Of a DNA stretch of 64,000 nucleotides, positions 23,493 through 37,853 are shown piece by piece (position 1 is the stretch's first letter; each line of letters begins with the position of its first letter). A program made the translations under genes and the position numbers. Source of the DNA: Nemertoderma westbladi. Taxonomy: Eukaryota > Animalia > Xenacoelomorpha. Location of the stretch: the NCBI GenBank assembly GCA_032718475.1, contig JAUCBJ010005741.1, forward strand, positions 62,001 to 126,000. Reading direction: 5' to 3'. The notes under the pieces were generated by a model. The model worked only from the letters and a program-made list of their open reading frames with translations, searched no databases and was not told the DNA's origin.

Positions 23493-24633
23493 TGTAAAGG
23501 CTTTTGCGTAATTAGCCGGTTATTTTTCCCGTAAAGTACTCTGTAGTGGGTTTACCAGGCATAAAAGGCCGTGTCCTTACTGTATTGTTGTTTTAGAGGA
23601 CATAAAAGTAATTTCTTCTGTATGTGTACTTTAGCGGACATAATCCGCAATTTTATGACGCAATAAGCCGGATCCTCTGGAAACAGTGTAGATACCATGA
23701 CGACGGCTAACAGCTGATATTGCCACGTAGAACATCTCTTTGTTCTTTGTTCTCTCTTTGTCCGGTCGACCAATCAGAGCGTTTTTTGCCTCTGTGTTGG
23801 AGATGGTATATAGAAACTAGGGAAGTGAGTCAGTATGTGATTTTTGTCCACAGCCTACAACACCGGCGTGGAACCTCCGTGTTTCAGTCTTTAGCATCAA
23901 CATTAGTAGGCTTAATTATAGAACGTATATCCGTTATCTCAGTCACTCATAATTATTCATACCTTAACATTACTGCTTTTGCTGTCAGTTATTCATTATA
24001 TTTGTTGATGGAATATTATATTCGGAATACTGATAAACAATCAGACACCCCAATCTTCTTGATATACTAAAGGTTAGAGAGACCGGATACATATAACGAT
24101 TGCGACTTACATTAAGTGGTTTGAAGTGAATCTAATGCTATTTTATAGGCCCTACACATATTGTCTGTTGTTCTCCTTATATGTGACTAAAATTAGTGAA
24201 GGTCGGCAGATTAGTGTGCAGCATTGTGCAGTATTGTGTATGATTGTCATTGATAACGAAGCATCTCCTAAAGAATGCGCCATATACGTGAATCTATAGC
24301 CATCCCGTTGTGTCTGGTTTAAGTCATAACTCTGTTTATATATTTAAAGCGCCACGTCCTAAAGGAACTGTTAATATTTCCCGAAAGTGAATAATATTTG
24401 TCAGAGATTATATATACTAAGATCAGTCGAATAATACAGTAGGCCTATCCCGCAATACGATTAGGCTTCCGAATCCAGTCTCCCGGGTATATCCAGCGGG
24501 TGAATGATCGCGCATAGACTGGTTTCGGCTAATGTAGTGTATCAAATATTTGTCGTAGGCTAAAGACTATCTATTATCTAGAAGACATCCTAATTGGGCA
24601 GGTTAAACTGCTAAAGGTCTGAAAGCGCGAACA
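23493..24633 (+). repeat. 3' LTR (1141 bp)
   Basis: Direct repeat of 6211-7351, followed by the TSD ACCTG. Confidence 0.97.
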
Positions 24634-27600
24634 ACCTGTGTGCCGACCGCAACCACGATAACATGTGTGCGGACCGCTAGCTAAAATGGTATCCCGTGTG
24701 CCCAATGCTACTATGGTAACCCGTGTGCCCAATGCTACTACGGTAACCCGTGTGCCGACTGGTACCACGGTTACCTATGTGCCAACCGCTACCATGGTAA
24801 CCTATGTGCCGACTGCTACTGTGTGCCGACCGTTACCATGGTAACCTGTGTGCCAACCGCTAGTGTGTGCTGACTGCTACCACGGTAACCTATGTGCCGA
24901 CTGCTACTGTGTGCCGACGGCTATTAGGGTAACCTGTGTGCCGACCGCTACCATGGTAACTCGTGTGTCGACCGGCGGTAACCTGTGTGCCAACCGTTAC
25001 CACGGTGACCTGTGTGCCGAACGCTACCACAGTAACCTGTGTGCCGACCGCTACCATGATAACCCATGTGCCGACCCAGGGTAACCCATGTGCCGACTGC
25101 TACCACAGTAACCTATGTGCTGACCGCTACTGATGCCAACCGCTACCACGGTAACCTGTGTGCCGACCGCTACCACAGGAACCTATGTGTTGACTGCTAC
25201 TGTGTGCCGACCCCTACCACAGTAACTCGTGTGCCGACCCACCACGGTAACCTGTGTGCCGACCATAGTACCCTGTGTGCCGACCGCTACCATGATAACC
25301 CATGTGCCGACCCACGGTAACCTGTGTGCCGACTGCTACCACAGTAACCTATGTGTCGACCGCTACTGTGTGTCGACTGCTACCACAGTAACTCGTGTGC
25401 CGATCAACCATGGTAACCTGTGTGCCGACCATGGTACCCTGTGTGCCGACCGCTACCACGGCAACCTGTGTGCTGACTGCTACCACGGTAACCCATGTGC
25501 CAACCCACGGTAACCCATGTGCTGACCCACGGTAACCTGTGTGCCGACCGCTACTGATGCCAACCGCTACCATATGGTAACTCGTGTACCGACCGACGGT
25601 AACCTGTGTGCCGACTGCTACTGTGTGCTGACTGCTACCACGGTAACCTATGTGCCGACTGCTACTTTGTGCCGACTGCTACCATGGTAAACTGTGTGCC
25701 AACCGCTAGTGTGTGCCGACTGCTACCACGGTAACCTATGTGCCGACTGCTACTGTGTGCCGACCGTTACCAGGGTAACCTGTGTGCCGACCGCTACCAC
25801 GGTAACCCGTGTGTCGACTGGCGGTAACCTGTGTGCCAACCGCTACCACGGTAAACTGTGTGCCTACCACTACCACGGTAACCCGTGTGCCGACCGCTAC
25901 CACGGTAACCTATGTGCCGACCGCTACCACGGTAACCTGTGTGCCAACCGCAACCAAGGTAACATGTGTGCGGACCGCTACCACGGTAACCTGTGTGCCG
26001 ACCCACGGTAACCTGTGTGCCGACCGCAACCACGGTAAACTGTGTGCCTACCACTACCACGGTAACCCGTGTGCCGACCGCTACCATGGTAACCTATGTG
26101 CCGACCGCTACCACGGTAACCTGTGTGTACCGCAACCACAGTAACATGTGTGCGGACCGCTAGCTACAATGGTAACCCGTGTGCCGACCACCACGGTAAC
26201 CCGTGTGCCGAATGCTACCACGGTAACCCGTGTGCCGACTGGTACCACGGTTACCTATGTGCCAACCGCTACCATGGTAACCTGCGTTCCGACCGCTACT
26301 GTGTGCTGACTGCTACCACGGTAACCTATGTACTGACTGCTACTGTGTGCCGCTCGCTACCATGGTAACCTGTGTGCCAACCGCTAGTGTGTGCCGACTG
26401 CTACCACGGTAACCTATGTGCCGACTGCTACTGTGTGCCGACCGCTACCAGGGTAACCTGTGTGCCGACCGCTACCATTGTAACTCGTGTGTCGACCGGC
26501 GGTAACCTGTGTGCCAACCGCTACCACGGTAACCTCTGTGCCGAACGCTACCACAGTAACCTGTGTGCCGACCGCTACCATGATAACCCATGTGCCGACC
26601 CAGGGTAACCCATGTACGACCCACGGTAACCTGTGTGCCGACTGCTACCACAGTATCCTATGTGCTGACCGCTACTGATGCCAACCGCTACCACAGTAAC
26701 CTGTGTGCCGACTGCTACCACAGTAACCTATGTGTCGACTGCTACTGTGTGCCGACCGCTACCACAGTAACTCGTGTGCCGACCCACCACGGTAACCTGT
26801 GTGCCGACCATGGTACCCTGTGAGCAGACCCCTACCATGATACCCCATGTGCCGACCCTGGGTAACCCATGTGCCGACCCACGGTAACCTGTGTGCCGAC
26901 TGCTACCACAGTAACCTATGTGTCGACCGCTACTGTGTGTCGACTGCTACCACAGTAACTCGTGTGCCGACCCTGGGTAACCCTTGAGCCGACCACTGTA
27001 ACCTGTGTGCCGACCGCTACCACGGTAACCTGTGTGCCGACCGCAACCATGGTAACCTGTGTGCCAACCGCTAGTGCGTGCCGACTGCTACCACGGTAAC
27101 CTATATGCCGACTGCTACTGTGTGCCGACCGCTACCAGGGTAACCTGTGTGCCGACCGCTACCACGGTAACCCGTGTGTCGACCGGCGGTAACCTGTGTG
27201 CCAACCGCTACCACGGTAACCCGTGTACCGACCGCTACCACGGTAACCTGTGTGCCGACAAAAGGTAACCTGTGTGCCGACCGCTACCACGGTAACCTGT
27301 GTGCCGACCCACGGTAACCTGTGTGCCGACCGCAACCACGGTAAACTGTGTGCCTACCACTACCACGGTAACCCGTGTGCCGACCGCTACCACGGTAACC
27401 TATGTGCCGACCGCTACGACGGTAACCTGTGTGCGGACCGCTAGCTAAAATGGTATCCCGTGTGCCGACCGCTACGACGGTAACCTGTGTGCCAACCGCA
27501 ACGACGGTAACATGTGTGCGGACCGCTAGCTACATTGGTAACCCATGTGCCGACCACCACGGTAACCCGTGTGCCGAATGCTACCACGGTAACCCGTGTG

Positions 27601-30073
27601 CCGACTGGTAACACGGTTACCTATGTGCCAACCGCTACCATGGTAACCTGTGTGCCGACCGCTACTGTGTGATGACTGCTACCACGGTAACCTATGTGCC
27701 GACTGCTACTGTGTGCCGACCGCTACCAGGGTAACCTGTGTGCCAACCGCTAGTGTGTGACGACTGCTACTACGGTAACCTATGTGCCGACTGCTACTGT
27801 TTGCCGACCGAACCACGGTAACCCGTGTGCCGACCCACAACCCGTGTGCCGACCCACAGTAACCTGTGTGCCAACCGCAACCACGGTAACATGTGTGCGG
27901 ACCGCTAGCTACATTGGTAACCCGTGTGCCGACCACCACGGTAACCCGTGTGCCGAATGCTACCACGGTAACCCGTGTGCCGACTGGTAACACGGTTACC
28001 TATGTGCCAACCGCTACCATGGTAACCTGTGTGCCGACCGCTACTGTGTGCTGACTGCTACCACGGTAACCTATGTGCCGACTGCTACTGTGTGCCGACC
28101 GCTACCATGGTAACCTGTGTGCCAACCGCTAGTGTGTGCCGACTGCTACTACGGTAACCTATGTGCCGACCATTACTGTGTGCCAACCGCTACCATGGTA
28201 ACCTGTGTGCCGACCGCTACGGAGTGCCGACCGCTACCATGGTAACCTGTGTGTTGACCACTACTGTGTGTAGACCGCTCCCACGGTAACTTGTGTGCCG
28301 ACCGATGGTAAGCTGTGTGCCAACCGCTACCGCGTTAACCTGTGTGCTGACCGCTACCACAGTAACCCGTGTGCCGACCCACAGTAATCTGTGCGCCGAC
28401 TGCTACCATTGTAACCTATGTGCCGACCGCTACTGTGTGCCAACCACTACCACGGTAACCTGTCTGCCGACCACTCCTGAGTGCCGACCGCTACCATGGT
28501 AACCTGTGTGCCGACGACTATTGAGTGCCGACCGCTACCATGGTAACCTGTGTGTCGACCACTACTGTGTGCCGACTGCTACCACAGTAACCTGTGTGCC
28601 GATCGCTACTGTGTACGGACTGCTACCATGGTAACCTGTGTGCCGACCGCTACTGTGTGCCAACCACTACCACGGTAACCTGTGTGCCGACAACTACTGA
28701 GTGCCGACCGCTACCATGGTAACCTGTGTGTCGACCACTACTGGGTGCCGACTGCTACCACGGTAACATGTCTGCCGACCACCCCTGAGTGCCGACCGCT
28801 ACCATGGTAACCTGTGTGCCGACGACTATTGAGTGCCGACCGCTACCATGGTAACCTGTGTGTCGACCACTACTGTGTGCCGACTGCTACCACGGTAACC
28901 TGTGTGCCGATCGCTACTGTGTACGGACTGCTACCATGGTAACCTGTGTGCCGACCGCTACTGTGTGCCAACCACAACCACGGTAACCTGTGTGCCGACC
29001 ACTACTGAGTGCCGACCGCTACCATGGTAACCTGTGTGTCGACCACTACTGGGTGCCGACTGCTACCACGGTAACCTGTGTGCCGACCGCTACTGTGTGC
29101 TGACTGCTACCACGGTAACCTATGTGCCGACTGCTACTGTGTGCCGACCGCTACCATGGTAACCTGTGTGCCAACCGCTAGTGTGTGCCGACTGCTACTA
29201 CGGTAACCTATGTGCCGACCATTACTGTGTGCCAACCGCTACCATGGTAACCTGTGTGCCGACCGCTACGGAGTGCCGACCGCTCCATGGTAACCTGTGT
29301 GTTGACCACTACTGTGTGCAGACCGCTCCCACGGTAACTTGTGTGCCGACCGATGGTAAGCTGTGTGCCAACCGCTACCACGTTAACCTGTGTGCTGACC
29401 GCTACCACAGTAACCCGTGTGCCGACCCACAGTAATCTGTGTGCCGACTGCTACCATTGTAACCTATGTGCCGACCGCTACTGTGTGCCAACCACTACCA
29501 CGGTAACCTGTCTGCCGACCACTCCTGAGTGCCGACCGCTACCATGGTAACCTGTGTGCCGACGACTATTGAGTGCCGACCGCTACCATGGTAACCTGTG
29601 TGTCGACCACTACTGTGTGCCGACTGCTACCACGGTAACCTGTGTGCCGATCGCTACTGTGTACGGACTGCTACCATGGTAACCTGTGTGCCGACCGCTA
29701 CTGTGTGCCAACCACTACCACGGTAACCTGTGTGCCGACCACTACTGAGTGCCGACCGCTACCATGGTAACCTGTGTGTCGACCACTACTGGGTGCCGAC
29801 TGCTACCACGGTAACCTGTGTGCCGATCGCTACTGTGTACCGACTGCTACCATGGTAACCTGTGTGCCGACCGCTACTGTGTGCCAACCACTACCACGGT
29901 AACCTGTGTGCCGACCACTACTGAGTGCCGACCACTACCACGGTAACCTGTATGCCGACCGCAACTGTGTGCCGACCGCTACCACGGTAACCTATGTGCT
30001 GACCACTACCACAGTAACCTGTGTGCCGACCGCTACCATGGTAACCTATGTGCCGACTGCTACCACGGTAACC
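24634..30073. repeat. 27-bp satellite, main part (~5.4 kb), with length variants and higher-order duplications
   Basis: tgtgtgccgaccgctaccacggtaacc-type units. Variant blocks recur, e.g. at 28293 and 29341 (1048-bp spacing). Confidence 0.95.
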
Positions 30074-30324
30074 GTCAGCATGTTCTTATGTGTTATTTTG
30101 CCTGCTGCTTCTGTTATTTAATTCTGTGCTTTTATTTCTGTTTCACTTATGTCAGTTCGCTAATGTTAAATTAAATTAATTGTTAGCTTGATTGTTTATT
30201 CTTTGTGCTAACCACAAAATTTTACCCCGTTCGGGGTGTATATTATATAACATTATTATTATCTGAAAAGCGGGAAAGGATGAGTTTTTATTTAACCTTC
30301 TATTTCCAAACCCTCCTTAAATCT

Positions 30325-32567
30325 GGGCAGGTGTAAAACGCGGATCCGGATCCGGATTCCAAAATTATCAATTGGCTCATTCCATGAAAAGGTCAACCTC
30401 CCGACTAATTTCTAAAAATGAGATGTAGCTTTGAATTTATACTTATTTTAGGTCAAAATTTATCGTACTTCATGAATTCAGTGCTAAAAATTGTATCAAC
30501 ACAGGTGGTTTATCAAAAATAGTCGAATTACAAATTATGCACCTGCTCTGCACAAAATGTGAATAAAAGTGTGCAAAAGTTTCGTTTCCTGTAGGCACTT
30601 CCTATGACCAATAAATTAACATTTCTGAGCATGTACCAAATCAAAAACAAACCCATTTTCGAATTTTTTTGGTTTTATTTAATTTCACCAGTGTTTCGTT
30701 CCTCTGTAATGAAATCGATAAAGTTAATCTTGTGATGTCCCATACTTTACCTAAAATAGTGAAATTTTTAGTTTATTCACAGAGATGTAACTCAGCCTAA
30801 TCACCCAGTGGAATGCAAAGCACGTTTGTGTTGCGTCATCGTATAAAACAATTAGTTTCATCTTCACTCCCTCAGAAATATCATGGCGGCCAATTGAAAA
30901 TTGTCCCATACTTTACCATCAAAATGGCGATTATATTACTGCACTGTATTAATGTAATATGTGAAGCCATGAGTGTTATAATACTCTAAGGTCATAGTCG
31001 GCCGTAAGAATAGGAGTCTATATTTGAACTAAGAATCATTCCTCAGTCAAGAAATCCTTGGGTTTATGCATGTAAAGTCCCATACTTTACCAAAAATTAG
31101 TGAAATTTTTAATTTATACACAGAGAAGTAGTCTAACTCAGCCCAATCACCCAGTGGAATGCAAAGCACGTTTGTGTTGCGTCATCTTAAGAAACAATTA
31201 CCTGTAGTTTCATAATCTACTCCCTCAGAAACATCATAACGGCCAATGGAAAATTGTCCCATACTTTACCATTATAATGGCGATTACATTAGTGCACTGT
31301 ATTAATGTAATATGTATATGAAACCTGGAGGGCAGGAGTGTTATAATGCTTTAGGGTGATACTGTAGTAGGGGGAAGCATAGAAGTATGTATTTGAACTA
31401 AGAATCATTCCTCAATTAACTAATCTTTGAGTTTATGCATGTAAAGTCCCGTACTTTACAACAAATTTCAAAGAATTTAGTTTTTTAGCAGATAAGAAGA
31501 TCTGTAATGTACAGTAATTGATACATTTTCAGAAAAATGGAAAGAAATTCTAAACTTTTTACAGACTACATACCAAGTTTGGTTATATTTCATCAATGAT
31601 TGGCGGACTTATTTCGGTTTTTATCAAAATTTTGAAACTATCGGTACCAACAGACAGACTGTCTGATATGTGACCTTTGATTCCTTAAACTTCAGATTCT
31701 TTCCAAACTTTTGACAGACTTCATACGTACCAGGTTTGGTTTAATTTCATCTAAAAATGACCGAGATATACAGTATTAGAGATCAAAAATTAGACAGATG
31801 ACATACAACTCCTCAAGGGCACCCATATGCTAAGACTTCGGGTCAATTTGTGGGCCGCCCCACATTTTGTATCCATATCTTGGTTGGAAATACTTAGTTG
31901 CACTTTATTATCACTAATTATCCAGAAATTACTGTTAGGTTTAGTGTAAGAGACCATTTTGACCACAAAATTCGTACAGGTCCCGTACTTTACTTCGCAA
32001 TGTCCCATACTTTACCACACAAACCACACTGTAAAAAATTAGCAATGCAGCAATTCGTCTTATATTTATATTTTTATTTAAGCTTAATAATACAGCTTTA
32101 TCCTAAACATCAACTCAACACCGTACCTGCGCACAATTCGCTAAATTTTAGAATTGAAATCATAAATTAAAAAATACAATTTCGTACGAATCCGTACTTT
32201 ACCTTAATTGGACAAGCTGGCGTTTTCTCAAAAGTGACTAAGTCCCGCCATAAGCTTCGCGAAATCAAAGCTGATATTCGAAAGTTTTATCCAAGCACAA
32301 TTTTGAGCACATATGTGCTGTGGATAACATTGTACAGGCAATCAAAGTTCAAAATTGTGTACGAATGTCCCGTACTTTACTTTGGAATGAGCCAATTAAG
32401 GGAAAGGAGCAGGTTACAGTGGCACGTTATTTTAATCAAAACAATAAACTAAAGTCAATAGAACAGGTTATAGTTTCATTTTTGGGAGTTATAAAAATGT
32501 AAAAAAAAACGACTTCCATAGGGACAATGTTAAATGTAGAATCCGGATCCGCGTTTTACTCTGACCC
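30325..32567. mobile_element. Non-autonomous TIR DNA transposon, Mutator-like (9-bp TSD)
   Basis: TIRs GGGCAGGTGTAAAACGCGGATCCGGAT / ATCCGGATCCGCGTTTTACTCTGACCC. TSD CTTAAATCT at 30316-30324 and 32568-32576. Internal ~340-bp duplication and a repeated GTCCC(A/G)TACTTTAC motif; no transposase. Confidence 0.8.
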
Positions 32568-33931
32568 CTTAAATCTGAGCCAATTTGTATTGCAAATTTG
32601 TCGAGTCAACCTAAACTTTGTAAAAATAATTTTCTCAATGCGCCTGTTAGTTCTCAAAAAAAGACCTGTTCTCATTTGGCATAACAGCAAATCCAATATA
32701 TTTTTATAGAATAGCAAAAATAATAATTAAGTAGTGTCTCAAAACATTAAAAACCATTAAAGACTATAATTTTATACATTTTTATACAATTTTATTGTTC
32801 AAGAGGCCGTCTTTAATGTCCCATTTGGGAACACCGGTACTGAAAGAAATATTTTTATTGACGGATCTTATTATTTTGATTTCAACCATAACCAACGTAG
32901 GGAGATACTTTGGTCGAAATTATATTTACTAATAGGCTTAATCATCAAGTCCGCGCAGCCAACACGCTCTAATACGTTCCATTATATCTATTATCACGTC
33001 CCGAGCCGAGTGAACAAACCTTAATGCGCTCCACTAATACGTTCCCATATAAGAATGTTCCCAAATGAGACAACAGCTGGTCGTTTTTAATGCAACAGGA
33101 CACAAATATATATTAGTTATGTGATTTTAAACACTTTTTAGAGTAATACATTGAGTCAAAACTCAATGTAATATTTTACAATTTTCTCACCAGTGTTTCC
33201 AAATAGGAACATTAATTTTTAAAGGGGGTAATTTGGCACAAATGGTCATTTTTCAGAATTTTTTTCAAATAATAATGTCATATTATTTAAAATCTAATTT
33301 AAATGCCGCCACTGGTTAGGTATATCAAATTTGTAAAGTTTTTCATCACTATTGTCTGCAAGTCTCAAAATTAAAAAAAATTAAATTTGACATAATTTGG
33401 CATGCCAAAAGGGCAACTTAAAAACTTAAAGTTTTTAAAAACGTGAAGTTGAAAATATAAATTAATATTCCACTCTTCGTAAACATATTAACATAGAAAA
33501 AAAACAATATATATAATACTCACAGAAAAAATTGTTACGGACTCACACTTGAAATCGTTATGCACCCGTTATTTTGTTGAGAAAAAAAAGAGCAACGACC
33601 ATTGAATGTTTATTGTATTTATTCAATAAATATATTTATTGCTTATATACCTTTCGCTTTCACAATGTACCTTAAGTATCACTATTAGATATATCTTTAG
33701 TAGTGTTCATATTTTGAGTAGGCATATTTGGTGTGTGTATAGTAGTGTATATTTAATATCCTATAAGTTCATATGACCATAATTTGTTAAAATGACCAAT
33801 TTCTAATTCTTTAACAACATAAATACCACGTTCACGGAAAATTTTTTATACTGGAAAATAGATTTTGAACAGTATTTCGTTGTATTTATGTTTTACGATC
33901 ACTACTACGGTATCACAGTACTTAAGTTATT

Positions 33932-34210
33932 CCACCTTGGCGTAGTTGGTTAAATCGGTGGCATTTAAATCACATCTCTCCTTGGGTCGTGGGTTCGATC
34001 CCATCATGAGGGCTAGGGTAGTTTTCGTTTCGGCACGAATACTTTAAAGACCATAAAGGGACTTATTAGCCAGGGCGCATCTCTTCCTTCCGTAAATGGT
34101 AGCTAAATGAGAACTGGAGTTTCCTCTGGGGAATATAGGAGGGGACCGCACTGGAAATATACACTTTATTATTGAGACTTTGTGCGTAATCCCAGGCCTA
34201 ACTGACGATA
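33932..34210 (+). mobile_element. tRNA-derived SINE (Pol III head) or tRNA pseudogene
   Basis: A box TGGCGTAGTTGG at 33938-33949 and B box GGTTCGATCCC at 33992-34002. No clean cloverleaf; the 3' boundary is approximate. Confidence 0.6.
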
Positions 34211-34615
34211 TGTTTTGTATCTCAATCCATCATTCGCTCATTCGTTTCATGAAATCTTGGCGAACTTCGAGTGTATCATACTATACCATCTTGGTCAGTA
34301 ACTTCTGTCATCCGTGATATATGCCGTTTGGCCCTTTCGGCCCAGAAATGTGAGTATTAGACGTAAGAGACAGGATTAAACGGGCGCAATGAGGAATGTC
34401 GTACATTAGGATGATGTATGAATGAATACGTTCGAATGTACTGTCGATGGACAATTGTCAGACTAAAAGGAGCTGAATACTTTCAGTTTACATAGTGAAT
34501 AATGGATACAAAGCAGAATGATTCTTACCTAACCTACCGCGTGGTGAGTCCGTAACGAAATATTTGTGAGTCCGTAACGCTGTTCTTAAACGTTTCAGCT
34601 GCAATACAGACCATA

Positions 34616-34661
34616 CTACTAGGATCGGCATGCTGCATTGCAGCTGCATTTTTAAGAATGC
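34616..34661 (-). mobile_element. Ultra-short insertion of the RTE 3' tail
   Basis: Reverse complement of the tail at ~44862-44897, flanked by the 12-bp direct repeat ATACAGACCATA (34604-34615, 34662-34673). Confidence 0.6.
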
Positions 34662-35778
34662 ATACAGACCATAGAGACCTAATGGATGGTTTTGATTGGT
34701 TGTAAACCCAAAGGAAAATGATTGTCAGTGCAATACACATGCGGGGTGTACTCCAAATTAAAACTTTAAGTACTTTTCGTTACGGACTCACATAATTATG
34801 TAGGCCAAATCTAAAATTTTTGAAACATTGAATACACAATGCTATTCTGTCAATATTCAAATTTTTATCATCAATAAGCTTCTAATAAATGTTGAATTTT
34901 CGGTTGGTGTAATTACCTGTCTTAATCAGACAATTTCAATGGTACAGTAGTAAGATTATGTCAAAAATGACATGTAATAATTTCTGCAAATTTGAAAATA
35001 CGTAAAAATATTTTCTCATATTCAATAATGAAAAATCATTTGTTACCCTCAAATAAATTAAGAATCCGTCACTTTTATTAAAAATTTATACCAAAATTAT
35101 GGTGATTAGATGACTTTTTATTTTCGACATAAGTGTTACATAAATGGTGGAATTGCCCTAAACCGATTCACCAAAATTGAACTCGGCCATTTCTATTCAG
35201 ACCAGGAAATTAAATTTTTACTCAATTTTAGGAGGGAGGCGGGGAGGGGGGGGGGGTTATTATGCGTCGACTCGACCCCGGTAGCCAATTTAAAGTTTAA
35301 TGTTATTAAATGTAAAATTAAATCAATCCATTATTTAACTATTTGGCAATACGAATGTGTTGAGATACTGTATGTACGGATACAGAGACACGCGGTTATA
35401 AATCATTCCACTAAAATGAATATTGTAAGTCAGGAAATTTAAGGAAATTTCCGAGATATTTTTCCGGAAATTTCCTATTTTATTAATTTAGTATACAAAG
35501 TTTACTTTTACAAAGGCTTAAATACAAAGGATACTGTACATGGCACAGTGTCGTGGTAAGACCACATCGTTTCTACCGCCGACTTTCATACCTCTATTAG
35601 TAATATTACTGTCCTACGGGATCTTGTTTATGATGAACATTCATGAGTTTAATTCAGACAATAAAAATAATTATAAAATGCACGTTATACACATAAACGA
35701 ATTCGCACGAATTACGACGGATCTAGGACACCTCCCCCCCCCCCCCGGGACACTTCCCACCCACATTTACCCGTCTCA

Positions 35779-37853
35779 GTGACTGTATCTTTGCTGTTTA
35801 GTGCGTCTACACCAGGCAGTAGTAATAAGGTCACTTTTACCAATAACGCAAATTGGGATAAAGCCAGTGGTGAAAATATTTCAAAATATTCTCAAACTGT
35901 TGATGAACAACTACGTTTATTACAGTTACCCCTTACTGCTTTAACGTGTTGTGATATTCATTGTAAGAATATTAACCATAAAATGTCACTAAATTCGTGT
36001 TATACTGATACTATTAATATTCTACATAGCTGTACGGCTAAATTTATTCCTCAAAAAAGGGGTAATTCGGTCTCCAATTGCGTTCCTGGTTGGAATGAGT
36101 TTGTAAAAGAAAAGCGGGCTGCAGCGCAGGAGGCATTTCATATTTGGTGCGAACAAGGGCGGCCTAGATTTGGGCTTGTTTGGGAGGTAAAGAAAAAAAC
36201 GGCCGCGCAATTTAAATTGGCTCTCCGAAATTGCAAACAGGAGGAAGGTGCTTTGCGAGCAGATCACCTAGCCGCTCCCGGCTATTAATTCAAGAAATGA
36301 TTTTTGGAGTTCAATTAAAAAAAGCAACAACTACTAAAATTGGTTTAGCAACCTCTGTCGGTTCCGCCCACACTGAGGAAGAAATCGCCGATTTGTTCAA
36401 GTCTAATTATTATGATATTTTTAATTCTGTCCCTGTATCTGAAATTCACTCTACATTTGTGAAGTGTAAGTTTTCTGAATGGGACGGCTCCAATAATGTC
36501 CACATCAATTCTTTTATAACTCATGGGTTTTTGCCTCAAACGTTAATTAATTCTAGTTTGTTGCCATTATTAAAGATAAAAACGCTAGTATAAGCGAACG
36601 TTCGAATTACCGACCCATAGCCAAAGATACAGCTGGCTCAAAGGTATTGGAAACGTGTTTGCAAGGGCTCATTGTCATGCATTCCAATATATCTGACAAC
36701 CAGTTCGGTTTTGCAGAGGGCCTAGGTACAGAAGTGTGTATTTTTGCCTTAAAACAAACAGTTTACTTATACATTAGTAAAGACTCACCTGTGTATACTG
36801 CTTTCTTAGACGCCTCGAAAGCGTTTGACCGCGTTAATAATAGTAAACTTTTTCGAAAGCTAATTGAACTAGGTGTATCTATTGGTATTGTAAGACTCCT
36901 CGCCTTTTGGTATTCTCACCAACTAATTTGTATTAGCTGGGGTTCTGCTAATTCCGGTGCATTTTTGGTTTCAAATGGAGTCCGTCAAGGAAGTGTTGCA
37001 TGTAAAGTTGGAAAGAGTCTTTTAAATCACATATTTTTACTCAGATGACCTTTGTTTACTGTCGCTGAGTATCTTTGGGTTACGAGCACTAGTCAAGATA
37101 TGTGAGCGTTACGGCGCTACATTTGATATTTTGTTCAATCCACTCAAATCACACTGTTTGTATTTTTTACCTTATCGTTTTCACCGTGCAGGCGACATCT
37201 ATCTCAATGGAAAAAAACCGTTAGACTGTGTTAAGCAGGTATCATTCTTGGGACACATTATAAGCTGTGACCTTTCTGATGAAGCAGACATGAATAAAGT
37301 TAAATCTTTATTTTGTCGAGGTAATTTGTTAGTTAGAAATTTCTCTCGGTGTTCTCTTGGTGTTAAATTATGTTTGTTCAAAACTTATTGCTACAGTTTA
37401 TATTGCTGCTCTTTGTGGTCTATTTTCCGTGTACAAACTTTGCGACAAGTGAAAGTAGCCTATAACATGTGTTTTCGTCTGTTGTTTAAATACTCCCGTA
37501 GTGACGATGCAGACACAATTTTTGTTAATAATAGAGTAAATAACTTTAAGGCCATTATGCGCAGTTATATTTTCCTTGTTAAACAGAGTAAATACTTCAG
37601 GTAATACGCTAATTGGTTTATAACAAATTTTTCAGTGAACTCTGTTCAAATTGATCGGTGGCACAAGGTGCTTGATCCAAGTTAAACGTAATTATTGTAT
37701 TCGAAATACATTGTTGAATTTCCTTTATTTCTTATTTTGTGTAATTCTACTTTAATGTGCTGTATTTCTCTAATTTAGTTTAGTTTAGTACAGTCTTGTA
37801 TGTACAATGGATCGTTTGTGTCCGAGATTATAAATAAAATAAAATAAATAAAA
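35779..37853 (+). mobile_element. Degenerate 5'-truncated LINE (RTE-X-like) with RT remnants and A-rich tail
   Basis: VPGWNEFVK...W..GRPRFG, NYRPI, QFGF, FLDASKAFDRVN, GVRQG, YSDD and FLGH motifs spread over frameshifted ORFs; (TAAAA)n tail at ~37830-37853. Confidence 0.8.

Larger units (their letters stand above)
6211..24633 (+). mobile_element. Full-length BEL/Pao (Belpaoviridae) LTR retrotransposon with an extra ORF; this copy is inactivated
   Basis: Direct LTRs at 6211-7351 and 23493-24633. TSD ACCTG at 6206-6210 and 24634-24638. Gag(three Zn knuckles)-PR-RT-RH-IN order with Pao-type motifs. Confidence 0.97.

Noticed and set aside
24574-30121. Many Cys-rich 'CADRYHGNL' ORFs (also at 5557-6054)
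   Set aside because: Translations of the 27-bp satellite; unit-length variants break the frame constantly.
33932-34010. Functional tRNA gene
   Set aside because: A and B boxes are present, but there is no convincing acceptor or anticodon stem; better explained as a SINE head.
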